A DNA stretch of 45,317 nucleotides from a virus. Lineage: Duplodnaviria > Caudoviricetes. The notes beneath the pieces were generated by a model. The model made no database searches. It was not told the origin of the DNA and worked only from the letters and a program-made list of their open reading frames with translations. Location: positions 1-45,317 of the IMG/VR virus record IMGVR_UViG_3300032332_001377. One strand, given 5' to 3'. Position numbers and translations under genes: made by a program. Positions 28,052-37,462 of the stretch are shown here, piece after piece; position 1 is the stretch's first letter; each line of letters opens with the position of its first letter.

Positions 28052-28776
28052 ACTTAATTTCTGTTTTTAAAACACCAATTATAGAATTTTTATGTGATGC
28101 TAGATATATAGATGTAGCCCCACACCCGGAACCTGCATTAAAACATCTTCCGGAATGGTTTAAACGTATACCTTCATATAGTGAGAAAAAACGAGATCAA
28201 AATAATCGTCGTGCAATGAATGCAAAAAAATGCTTGCCTATGATTGATGCAATGGATCTGGGATTTATTATTTCTACTCCAATTGAGCAACATATTCGAG
28301 TTAATCAGGATTGTTCATTAATCGATGTTGGGCCAACGTCGACTGAATTTGACAAAATGTTAGAATTTCATAGTCGTGATCAAGTTGGTGGCGAAAATAC
28401 TCCATTTGGAAAATTGGATCCAATTAAATTTATTAACCCTTGGGTAGTTAAAACATCACCTGGATGGAGTACACTATTCATACCTCCAATTAATAGGTTT
28501 GAAGATAGATTCATATGTTTAGGAGGATTAGTTGATACTGATCGTTATCCAAAGCAGGTAAACTTTCCAGGGAAATGGTTGAAGCCCGGATTCGATGATA
28601 TATTGCCTGCAGGAACACCGCTAGTAACAGCAATACCAATTAAACGAAGTCATATGAATATTGACCATCGAGTCAGAGTGCTAACTGAAAAAGAAATAAA
28701 CAATATAGATACAATTAGAAGAAATCAAATGGCAAAATCTCATTACTACACCAAGACACTTAGAGAAAAAAGATGA
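28048..28776 (+). CDS. Uncharacterised protein, paralogue 1 (possible dUTPase-like beta fold)
   Basis: ATG 28048 overlaps the upstream TGA (ATGA); motifs KKCLPMIDA, NPWVVKTSPGWS, GLVDTD and GTPLVTAIP. Confidence 0.7.
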   Translation: MNLISVFKTPIIEFLCDARYIDVAPHPEPALKHLPEWFKRIPSYSEKKRDQNNRRAMNAKKCLPMIDAMDLGFIISTPIEQHIRVNQDCSLIDVGPTSTEFDKMLEFHSRDQVGGENTPFGKLDPIKFINPWVVKTSPGWSTLFIPPINRFEDRFICLGGLVDTDRYPKQVNFPGKWLKPGFDDILPAGTPLVTAIPIKRSHMNIDHRVRVLTEKEINNIDTIRRNQMAKSHYYTKTLREKR

Positions 28777-29510
28777 TTAAAAATTTATTTAAAGATACTA
28801 CTCCAAGTATAAGATTTGCCGCTATTCATGGAGCATATAATTATTCTCCAGTTGCCAGAATTAAACTAGCATCGGATTTGTCAATTCAACCCGACTGGCT
28901 GAAGAAACAAAAAATCTACGAAAATAGTCGAGATAAATTTTTAAATTGTCCAGGAATGGCTGATCATTTAAAAGCAGGATATATAATTCCAGCATGGGAA
29001 ACTATTAAAATCAAAGCCAATCGAGCAGATACTATAACCATAATAGATGGCCCTAATCAGCGTGTGGAACCTATGAATCATAAACTAATAGATGGAATTC
29101 CGCCAATAGAATCTTCGGTAAAACTCAAGGTAACAAAGATTGTCGCTCCTTGGTCAATTTTTACAAAATCTGGATATTCAGCGTATCTTCTGCCAGCAGT
29201 ATATCATAGTCCATTTTTAAAAGATCTATATGTTTATCCTGGAATTGTAGACTACGATGACTTTACAGTCTGTAACTTTATTTTTACAGCATTAAGAGAA
29301 TGTGAGGTTGAAATTCCAGTCGGTACCCCTCTTCTACAAGTTATTCCTTTTAAACGTGTAGACATTACCGCCGTATCCATGCGAGGAACTGCGGTAGACA
29401 GAGATAAAGCGGCTTTTCAATTTCCAGCAAAACTAAAAGCAGCCTATCGTAAATTCTGTCACAAACGAAAAAAATATACATTGATCCATAAAGAAGAACA
29501 AGATAATTAA
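28773..29510 (+). CDS. Uncharacterised protein, paralogue 2 (possible dUTPase-like beta fold)
   Basis: ATGA overlap; motifs LNCPGMAD, APWSIFTKSGYS, GIVDYD and GTPLLQVIP align with paralogue 1. Confidence 0.7.
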   Translation: MIKNLFKDTTPSIRFAAIHGAYNYSPVARIKLASDLSIQPDWLKKQKIYENSRDKFLNCPGMADHLKAGYIIPAWETIKIKANRADTITIIDGPNQRVEPMNHKLIDGIPPIESSVKLKVTKIVAPWSIFTKSGYSAYLLPAVYHSPFLKDLYVYPGIVDYDDFTVCNFIFTALRECEVEIPVGTPLLQVIPFKRVDITAVSMRGTAVDRDKAAFQFPAKLKAAYRKFCHKRKKYTLIHKEEQDN

Positions 29511-29947
29511 ATTAAATCCAGCAACAACTCAATTTTTGCTCGAGTAATTTTATTGCTTAAACTGTTCTTTACACCTTGATGAAGAGGTTTTGGCCACAAA
29601 TCATAACTTGACCAGGCATATCCTGCATGCTCCGCATTTAATATTGGGATAAACTCTTCATCTACCAGTAGGATATAGGTATTATATTGAAATTTTTGAT
29701 CGTTACTGACAAATAATTCCAATGGTATTACTTTTTTAATTGGAGGACTACACCCTATTTCTTCGTCAATTTCTCTTTTGAGCGTATCGAATGGAGTGGA
29801 ATCTGCAGGCTCTTTACGACCGCCTACAAACCCCCAAGACCCGGCAGTTTTTCCTTGAGTTCTTAACAATAGTAAAAATCTACGAGTATTGGTGGCTAAA
29901 AATATTCCCCCACTACATATAATTTGATTTAGAGAACCAACCGCCAT
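29507..29947 (-). CDS. Nudix hydrolase
   Basis: WGFVGGRKE...LKREIDEEIG Nudix box. Confidence 0.85.
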   Translation of the reverse strand: MAVGSLNQIICSGGIFLATNTRRFLLLLRTQGKTAGSWGFVGGRKEPADSTPFDTLKREIDEEIGCSPPIKKVIPLELFVSNDQKFQYNTYILLVDEEFIPILNAEHAGYAWSSYDLWPKPLHQGVKNSLSNKITRAKIELLLDLI

Positions 29948-31329
29948 AATCTCGCATCATAAAGTCCTTCGTAACTCTTGGTCCAAGAGTCATTATTCCA
30001 TTTATACTGTGTTCCTGTATATGAATTAGTTATATAAACAGTGGTTGTGGTAGATTGAGAATTGAATACAACACTCCAATGACTTCCGTTCCATTCTATA
30101 ATATCGTTAGCACCGGCTTGAAAATCACTGCCGTCACTGTTTTTCCAAGCATTTGGGCCACTAAATCCTGCCGATCCATATTGACTGTTAGAATTTATAT
30201 TTTCTAATATTAGATATCTTGTTCCTGCTGAAACTGATTTAGGAACAAAAGTTTCAGGATTAACAACAGCATCGATGGTTCCTCTACCGCTGATTACTGT
30301 ATTTGTTGGTACTGTATCAGGATCAATATTTAAAATCATTGAGAAATCATCAGCCGGGTCTATTGTGATTGCAGCAATGGTATCATTGCCATCCGGGCGA
30401 GTAAATCTTAACTGACTTAAATTAGCCCTAAATTTTCCTGGATAAAGATCCAATATTTTATACCAGGCTGTGATATTTGCAGGATTAGATATGTCTACAT
30501 TTTCTCCTTGCCCGGTATGTTTGACCAATTTGGCCTTGCCGTTTAATACTAGTAGATCGAGATCACCGGGAGTAATGGTAATACTGGCATCAGGACTGAT
30601 ATCATTAAAAATTTCAGCAGCACCGGTTTTATCATAGACTGAATTAATGGTTCCTTGAGCACCGCTGGAAAATATATTACTAATAATTTTAGTAACAATT
30701 CCTAATTTTCTTACCTTGGCCGGAGGAGTAATCCAGACCGGCGCTGTGAATTCCATGGTTAATATATCTATATCTTCGTTGATTCCTTGTGGGACTGTGC
30801 GACTACTCCAGATTTGTCTTTCTAAATTAACCACACTGAGGCTAGTCCAGTCGATATAATTATCTGTAGTTTGAATTTCAAAACTAGGATTAAAGAATAC
30901 ACAAATCTGTTCAAATATCTGAAGTTTCTGATCTATACTGGTACTCCATATATCCGCAGCAAATGTTATGAGATACGGACTTGGCATTATTCTTTCTACA
31001 GTATAATTGCTACCTTGTATATTAATATAGGTATTAGTGGCTGTGTTAATATCTCTTTCTCTTATTTGAATTTTACTAATAAAAGTAGGATCTTGCAATC
31101 TTGGACGATCAAATTGTAAATCTTTAACATAGCAAGCAATAAATGGAGCACTTGGAATAGTGTTCTCGGAATTTTTTCTTAATATCTGTGCAACCTGCCG
31201 GCTCATATCTCCATAGCGCACAGGAATCTGTACCAATTGTCCTTTGGCATCTTTATAAGCATAATTGCTCATAATATTAATAAATTGGGCTATGTATCGT
31301 CTTATTTGCCCGTCATAAAAATAATCGAT
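29929..31329 (-). CDS. gp15-like tail terminator / sheath stabiliser with C-terminal extension; probable non-AUG start
   Basis: QIPVRYG, MPSPYLITF and QIFEQICVFFNP motifs. The frame extends upstream of ATG 31272 through DYFYDGQIRRYIAQF to ATC 31329 / ATT 31332. Confidence 0.7.
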   Translation of the reverse strand: MDYFYDGQIRRYIAQFINIMSNYAYKDAKGQLVQIPVRYGDMSRQVAQILRKNSENTIPSAPFIACYVKDLQFDRPRLQDPTFISKIQIRERDINTATNTYINIQGSNYTVERIMPSPYLITFAADIWSTSIDQKLQIFEQICVFFNPSFEIQTTDNYIDWTSLSVVNLERQIWSSRTVPQGINEDIDILTMEFTAPVWITPPAKVRKLGIVTKIISNIFSSGAQGTINSVYDKTGAAEIFNDISPDASITITPGDLDLLVLNGKAKLVKHTGQGENVDISNPANITAWYKILDLYPGKFRANLSQLRFTRPDGNDTIAAITIDPADDFSMILNIDPDTVPTNTVISGRGTIDAVVNPETFVPKSVSAGTRYLILENINSNSQYGSAGFSGPNAWKNSDGSDFQAGANDIIEWNGSHWSVVFNSQSTTTTVYITNSYTGTQYKWNNDSWTKSYEGLYDARLWRLVL

Positions 31330-31363
31330 AATTGTACAGTGGAGTTAACTCACTGCCTCCGTG

Positions 31364-32554
31364 TTAAACATCTGCAATTGGTTTCAAAGCCTTACTTAGA
31401 GACTGTTTCTCTATCACAACTTCTCCTGCAATAGTTGCAGTATTAACGTTATTGACAAAACTGGCTTTGAGTTTTCTTCTAATCAAATCGGGATCAGTTG
31501 TTTGTGTCTCTCCCAATGTACTAGTAGTCATTCTAACATTGTCCTCAAATTTAATCCAGTGTGTACCATCAAATCTAAACATTCTATTAGGCAAATAATC
31601 TGTTCTAAGATAATACTGCCCTATTGCTGGATTTTCAGGAAATACTATTCCAAAATCGTAAGGGGAACCATTAGGCGGGACACCGTCTCCAGTTAACCAT
31701 CCTACATAATAATTCTTGGTAGGTGATGTCAACACCGCAGTAGTATCTAGTCCTGTTATGCTAACATCCATGTCGGCATTGCTAACATCATTTATATTGG
31801 CTAACCCGTTGTTTAAATCTTTGGGAATAATATATAAATGTCTGGTTTCATAACCGCTTCGAGGAACGTCTGCTTCTGCCTGTAATATAACCTGATTGTT
31901 AATATCAATACTTTGTTTATATCCTGATAAAAGATCTCTCAATGTGCTGCCATCCTCGGCACCAGAATCTTGATCAAGTATTTCTTTGAATTCCTGGCGA
32001 TCAACTAGTGGTTGACATTTTGCTCTAATTAAATGAGGATACCATGTTTGGCTATATCCTGATGCAGGTCTGGTCACATCTTGAACTACATAAAATCTTT
32101 TCAATGCTACCACACTATTATCCAATGCAAATTCGTCTTTCTGATGTGGTAATTCAATCACATCCCCGGACATGATTTTTCTACCTAATGCATCAAAACT
32201 ACTTCGTAGGTGAAAAGTAATCATAACATTATCGGTTTGTAAGAACATACCGAACTGACTTAGATTGAAATCAATATCTTGTAAAGTATAAATTCCTCTA
32301 ATTACATATACATCGGGTGCATAATGCCGGTCTCTATTTTCCATCAATAACAAATCCTGTATTCCTAGTTCAGGAATTGCTTCGGTCATGTTAGGTTGTG
32401 AAGGAGTGCTTTCGCCTTCGAGTGGGCTAACTGGTCCAAGATATTTGTGTACCAAAACATCGGTACCGCCTACTTGAAACTGTTCGTTAATAATTTTGTC
32501 TAAGAAACGAAAATCGTTTCCTTTCTCAGGACGGTATAAACTTAATCTCGGCAT
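31364..32554 (-). CDS. gp14-like neck protein
   Basis: FNLSQFGMFL...GDVIELP motifs; adjacent to the gp13-like and gp15-like genes. Confidence 0.6.
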   Translation of the reverse strand: MPRLSLYRPEKGNDFRFLDKIINEQFQVGGTDVLVHKYLGPVSPLEGESTPSQPNMTEAIPELGIQDLLLMENRDRHYAPDVYVIRGIYTLQDIDFNLSQFGMFLQTDNVMITFHLRSSFDALGRKIMSGDVIELPHQKDEFALDNSVVALKRFYVVQDVTRPASGYSQTWYPHLIRAKCQPLVDRQEFKEILDQDSGAEDGSTLRDLLSGYKQSIDINNQVILQAEADVPRSGYETRHLYIIPKDLNNGLANINDVSNADMDVSITGLDTTAVLTSPTKNYYVGWLTGDGVPPNGSPYDFGIVFPENPAIGQYYLRTDYLPNRMFRFDGTHWIKFEDNVRMTTSTLGETQTTDPDLIRRKLKASFVNNVNTATIAGEVVIEKQSLSKALKPIADV

Positions 32555-32583
32555 GGTATAGTATTTATTAGATAAATATTCAC

Positions 32584-33342
32584 ATGACTGAAACAGAAAA
32601 CGAACGACAAAAAGTTATAGACTACGTGCAGGCCATGCTGGGCGGGGGAATGATAGACGTAGAACTTGACCCGGTTCACTACAACACTGCTATCGACCGT
32701 GCTCTTAACAAATTTCGTCAGCGGAGCAGTAATGCGGTAGAAGAAAGTTTTGCCTTTCTTACCCTGCAAGTAGATCAAAACGAATACATGATGCCTACGG
32801 AAGTGATGAATATTCGTCAACTTTTCAGACGAAGTATAGGATCAAGATCCGGTGGAGGTGGTGGTGGAACGTTGTTTGAACCGTTTAACCTAGCCTATTC
32901 GAATACATATTTGTTGACATCGACTAATATGGGCGGTCTTGCTACATATTATGCTTTTGCCAGTTATCAAAAGCAGGTAGGTAAAATGTTTGGAAGCGAT
33001 ATAAATTTTACCTATAATAGAACCACTAAAAAACTAACCATAATGCAGCGTCCCCGTAGTGAGGAAGAAGTATTGGTATGGTTGCACAATTACAGACCAG
33101 ATTTCAATATGCTTCAAGATCCATTGGCCAGTCAGTGGTTACGCGATTATAGCCTAGCAACTTGTAAAATTATTCTAGGTGAGGCTCGTGAAAAGTTTGG
33201 TAGCATTGCAAGTCCGAGCGGTACTACAACACTCAATGGCACTGCTTTAAAAAACGAGGGCAAGGCCGAAATCGAAATGCTAGAGCAAGATCTAGTAAAC
33301 TACAAAGACGGTGGAACCCCTCTTACCTGGGTCACTGGATAA
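32584..33342 (+). CDS. gp13-like neck protein
   Basis: LGGGMIDVEL, WLRDYSLATCKIILG...KF and TTLNGTALKNEG motifs. Confidence 0.8.
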   Translation: MTETENERQKVIDYVQAMLGGGMIDVELDPVHYNTAIDRALNKFRQRSSNAVEESFAFLTLQVDQNEYMMPTEVMNIRQLFRRSIGSRSGGGGGGTLFEPFNLAYSNTYLLTSTNMGGLATYYAFASYQKQVGKMFGSDINFTYNRTTKKLTIMQRPRSEEEVLVWLHNYRPDFNMLQDPLASQWLRDYSLATCKIILGEAREKFGSIASPSGTTTLNGTALKNEGKAEIEMLEQDLVNYKDGGTPLTWVTG

Positions 33343-33349
33343 ATTGAGA

Positions 33350-33378
33350 TTGATTTTTTAACTGATCTGTAATACACT
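33350..33378 (+). promoter_or_regulatory. Sigma70-type promoter for the dNMP kinase gene
   Basis: TTGATT (33350-33355), 17-nt spacer, TACACT (33373-33378). Confidence 0.55.
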
Positions 33379-33402
33379 ATTACTATCTAGTGGAGATTGC
33401 AT

Positions 33403-34083
33403 ATGATCGTAGGATTTGTGGGCTTTATATCGGCTGGTAAGGATACAGCAGCAGACTATTTGGTAAATTACCATGAATTTAGACGAGATAGTTTTGCCAG
33501 CACCCTAAAAGATGCAGTAGCCGCAGTGTTTGGTTGGGATAGAACACTGCTGGAAGGCCGAACCAAAGAAGCACGGGCATGGAGAGAACAGACCGATACA
33601 TGGTGGGCCGCTCGATTGAACATCCCTCATCTTACTCCTAGATGGGTTCTACAATACTGGGGCACAGAAGTTCTGCGTGGCGCATTTCATGATGAGATCT
33701 GGATTGCCAGTTTAGAAAATAAAATGCGTAAAACACGCGATAATATTGTTATTAGTGATGTGCGTTTCCCTAATGAAATTCTAGCAATTAAACGTGCCGG
33801 TGGAATAGTAGTTAGAATTCGTCGTGGCCCCGATCCTGAATGGTATGAGTCTGCTGTAAATTACAACCGCGGACCCAACGGAAATATGGCCTGGGCGCAT
33901 GGCCGCAAGCATTTAGAAGAGTTAGGAATTCATGCCAGTGAAACCGCATGGATTGGGCAGCCAGTGGATGTTGAAATTGCCAATGACAGTTCAATAGAAA
34001 ATTTATTCTTACAACTGGAATCGGTAATTAAAAATCAGGAATCAGATCACCCTGCTTCCAGCGAAATCCTTCTTTATGCATGA
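33403..34083 (+). CDS. Deoxynucleoside monophosphate kinase (T4 gp1-like)
   Basis: GFISAGKDT P-loop, TPRWVLQYWGTE, VISDVRFPNE and HASE motifs; GGAG SD 7 nt before ATG 33403. Confidence 0.9.
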   Translation: MIVGFVGFISAGKDTAADYLVNYHEFRRDSFASTLKDAVAAVFGWDRTLLEGRTKEARAWREQTDTWWAARLNIPHLTPRWVLQYWGTEVLRGAFHDEIWIASLENKMRKTRDNIVISDVRFPNEILAIKRAGGIVVRIRRGPDPEWYESAVNYNRGPNGNMAWAHGRKHLEELGIHASETAWIGQPVDVEIANDSSIENLFLQLESVIKNQESDHPASSEILLYA

Positions 34084-34363
34084 TCCGTTGACAGTTTGCA
34101 CACACTGTTTTAAGATTGGTGGTTCGATTATTGGTTAGGTCGCCGTCTACATAAAACACATTAAAAACTTCCGGATAGCGACTTTTAAATCCGCATCGAT
34201 CGCATTGATCTTTTTTACGATAGCCACTCAAGGCCCAGCCGGGCCTTTCTTTTTTATATCCCCGAGCACAGTGATCACACTGTGACCTATAGAAAGTTTG
34301 TCCTGCTTTATGGTAGTTGACAGCCACCGGACGTGAATGACAATTTTTACATAACTCGCGCAT
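34028..34363 (-). CDS. Zn-finger / degenerate HNH-like protein
   Basis: Four CxxC pairs; VFYVDGDLTNNRTTNLKTVCANC is HNH-like but lacks the catalytic His. Confidence 0.7.
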   Translation of the reverse strand: MRELCKNCHSRPVAVNYHKAGQTFYRSQCDHCARGYKKERPGWALSGYRKKDQCDRCGFKSRYPEVFNVFYVDGDLTNNRTTNLKTVCANCQRIMHKEGFRWKQGDLIPDF

Positions 34364-34462
34364 ATCTGTGCCCTTTTTGTGCCCTTTTTTTATTTATTAA
34401 GCCGAAGATTTTTTATCTCTGCTGCTAAATAATACAAAGTAATCCATCAAGGAGATCGAACA

Positions 34463-37432
34463 ATGGCAATATTGCAATCACCAGGCGTAAGCGTAACAGT
34501 CATAGACGAAAGTTTTTATACCCCGTCGGCACCGGGCACAATCCCTATGATTTTTGTGGCATCTGCACAAGATAAAACCAATCCAAGCGGAACCACAGCA
34601 GCAGGAACAACAGCAGCAAATGCTGGAAAAGTCTGGTTAATTACCAGCCAACGAGATCTTACAGACACGTTTGGAACTCCGTTATTCTATACAGATATAA
34701 GTGGAAATCCTCAGCACGGTAATGAACTTAATGAATATGGATTACAAGCAGCATACAGCAGCCTGGGTGTAAGTAGTCGTGCATATATTGCCAGAGCCGA
34801 TGTGGATCTATCACAATTAGCCCCATATGCAACAGCACCTAAAGGCAACCCGGTAGCCGGAACATATTGGGTTGATACCACATCAAGTTCATTTGGAATT
34901 AAGGAATGGAATGCAACTTCTCAAACATTCACCGTAAAAACTCCTATCGTTCTCAACGATGAATCCCCAGATAGCAGTTTTGCAGTTGTTGGAGTTTCGC
35001 CTAATTCATCTGTAGGACAAAAAGGCGATTACTGTATGGTTGTTACCAACGACAATGTAAATAAATTGTACTACAAAAACAGTAGTAATACGTGGCTTGC
35101 TGTAGTTAATAATTTTGAAAGTAGTAAGTTAGTGCAAATTAGCCCGCACTATACATATCCTAATTGGACCAGTTCTACTCCTACCGGTAGTGTTTGGATT
35201 ACTACCACCGCTCCAACAAATGGTGCGAATTGGAATATTAAATATTATAGTGGAACATCTCAAACCTGGAGCACTGTATCGGCACCAATTTATGCAAACG
35301 CTCCAACTGCAACCTATACTCTAGATCGCACTGGTGGTGGAAAAAATATTCCAGTAGGTAGTTTGTTCATTGATTCAAACTTTGATGAGTCTGCCACTGA
35401 AACAGCCAACTTTAAAATCTGGAGAAGATCAACCGGCGGCGTTACATCGATTGTTAGTGATCCAGTAACTACGGTAGCAGCACAAACCACTTATTCTTTT
35501 GGTATCTCTGAAACTGTTCTAAACAGTGCATCTTGGTCTAGCCCTGTTACAATCAACGTAACTGTATCAAATGCCAATACAATTTTAGGATCATTGTTAC
35601 CAGCAGTGATCAGTGCATCGTCTTTGGTTAATGTTACTGCCAGTTTTAATACTTCAACTGGAGTATTAACACTCAGCCATAAACTAGGCGGAGACATAAA
35701 AATAACCGGACTAGATGCTACAGAACAAGGATTTCTAGGATTTAGTGGGTATAATGTATACACTAAGATTGGGACAGCCAATCTCTACTCATTAACCAGT
35801 TCGTCTACTACCGATTTTATTGCAACAAATTGGAAACCGTTGGTCTACGAAGCACTGGGATCTGAACCATATACAGATCCTGCAGATGGAACCCTATGGT
35901 ACGATTCCGTTATTGACCAGGTTGATATCATGTATAATTCGGGTACCTATTGGTGCGGATATGCAGAAGCATTTCCAAATTCTGATCCAAACGGTCCTAT
36001 TATTCTTGCAACAGAACCAACAACACAGAGCGATGGAACCAGTCTGGTAACTGGTGATATCTGGATCGACACCAGCAATATTGACATGTATGGTGAGCAG
36101 ATCTATGTATATAACAGCACCAATACTGTAGGCGACAGATGGGTATTACAAGACCTATCAGACCAATCCAGTCCAAGTGGATGGTTATTTGCCGATGCGC
36201 GGTGGGGGACAAACGGGGCATCAGAAGTGCCTGGCAACATTAAAGATCTAAGAGTCAACAACTATGTTGACCCAGATGCTCCAAATCCTGCATTATATCC
36301 GAGAGGAATGAAACTATGGAATACTCGTAGATCCGGATTTAATGTTAAAAAATACGTGGAAAATTATATCGATACAACAGCAAATAATGGACTTAATCTG
36401 CGTTATCTAAATCAAAGTTTAAGTTCATACGCAACTTCGCGTTGGGTTAGCCAATATCCGACAGCAGAAAACGGATCTGGGGTATTCGGCAGAAAATCAC
36501 AAAGACAACTGATTGTAAAATCAATGAAGGCGTTGATTAATACCAATGTTGCAATTAGAGACACCGATACATTGAATTTTAATATCATTACCAGTCCAGG
36601 ATATCCTGAACTAATTCAAAACATGGTTAATTATAATGTCGATAGAGGCATTACAGCATTTGTCATTGGTGATACTCCTTTCAGACTAAAACCAACCGGA
36701 ACTGCCCTAACTAACTGGGGAAATAATGTACTCGGTGCTTATGACAACGGCGAAGACGGATTAGTTACTACCGATGAATACATGGCGGTATATTATCCAA
36801 GTGGTTATACTACAGATAATACCGGTAACAAGATTGTTGTGCCACCGAGTCATATGATGTTAAGAACTTTTATCAATAGTGATGCCAAGAGTTATCAGTG
36901 GTTCGCACCAGCAGGTACTCGTAGAGGAACAGTTGATAATGCTACTAGTGCAGGATATATTACCAACGAAGGTGAGTTCAAAACCAGCGCAGTACCTCAG
37001 ACATTAAGAGATATAATGGATGATATTAAGATCAATCCTATCTCCAGTCTAACTGGGGTTGGATTGGTTGCATATGGACAGTTAACTCGTGCTAAAAATG
37101 CCAGCAGTCTTGATAGAATCAATGTCGCAAGACTGGTCGCATACCTCCGCAGACAATTGGATCTACTAGCAAGACCGTTCTTGTTTGAGCCAAATGATGC
37201 ACAAACTCGTCGTGAGATTAAGTCTGCTGCAGAAAATCTCATGATTGAATTAGTGGGTCAACGTGCTCTTTACGACTTCATTGTAGTCTGTGACGAAACC
37301 AATAACACACCGGCTAGAATTGATCGTAACGAACTATATATGGATATTGCTGTAGAACCTGTAAAGGCAGTTGAGTTTATCTACATTCCTTTGAGATTGA
37401 AAAATACTGGCGATATTGCAGCAGGTTTATAA
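34463..37432 (+). CDS. gp18: Contractile tail sheath protein (T4 gp18 family) with large insertion
   Basis: LQSPGVSVTVIDES N-terminus; WFAPAGTRRG, RINVARL, LFEPND, CDETNNTP and PVKAVEFI motifs. Confidence 0.95.
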   Translation: MAILQSPGVSVTVIDESFYTPSAPGTIPMIFVASAQDKTNPSGTTAAGTTAANAGKVWLITSQRDLTDTFGTPLFYTDISGNPQHGNELNEYGLQAAYSSLGVSSRAYIARADVDLSQLAPYATAPKGNPVAGTYWVDTTSSSFGIKEWNATSQTFTVKTPIVLNDESPDSSFAVVGVSPNSSVGQKGDYCMVVTNDNVNKLYYKNSSNTWLAVVNNFESSKLVQISPHYTYPNWTSSTPTGSVWITTTAPTNGANWNIKYYSGTSQTWSTVSAPIYANAPTATYTLDRTGGGKNIPVGSLFIDSNFDESATETANFKIWRRSTGGVTSIVSDPVTTVAAQTTYSFGISETVLNSASWSSPVTINVTVSNANTILGSLLPAVISASSLVNVTASFNTSTGVLTLSHKLGGDIKITGLDATEQGFLGFSGYNVYTKIGTANLYSLTSSSTTDFIATNWKPLVYEALGSEPYTDPADGTLWYDSVIDQVDIMYNSGTYWCGYAEAFPNSDPNGPIILATEPTTQSDGTSLVTGDIWIDTSNIDMYGEQIYVYNSTNTVGDRWVLQDLSDQSSPSGWLFADARWGTNGASEVPGNIKDLRVNNYVDPDAPNPALYPRGMKLWNTRRSGFNVKKYVENYIDTTANNGLNLRYLNQSLSSYATSRWVSQYPTAENGSGVFGRKSQRQLIVKSMKALINTNVAIRDTDTLNFNIITSPGYPELIQNMVNYNVDRGITAFVIGDTPFRLKPTGTALTNWGNNVLGAYDNGEDGLVTTDEYMAVYYPSGYTTDNTGNKIVVPPSHMMLRTFINSDAKSYQWFAPAGTRRGTVDNATSAGYITNEGEFKTSAVPQTLRDIMDDIKINPISSLTGVGLVAYGQLTRAKNASSLDRINVARLVAYLRRQLDLLARPFLFEPNDAQTRREIKSAAENLMIELVGQRALYDFIVVCDETNNTPARIDRNELYMDIAVEPVKAVEFIYIPLRLKNTGDIAAGL

Positions 37433-37462
37433 TATAAATAATAAAGACTAAGGAGCATCTAA

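Noticed and set aside
11852-29510. Assigning a cyanobacterial host from the KCxRD repeats and the 2OG oxygenase
   Set aside because: No photosynthesis or other host-diagnostic genes in the window; these features do not fix the host.
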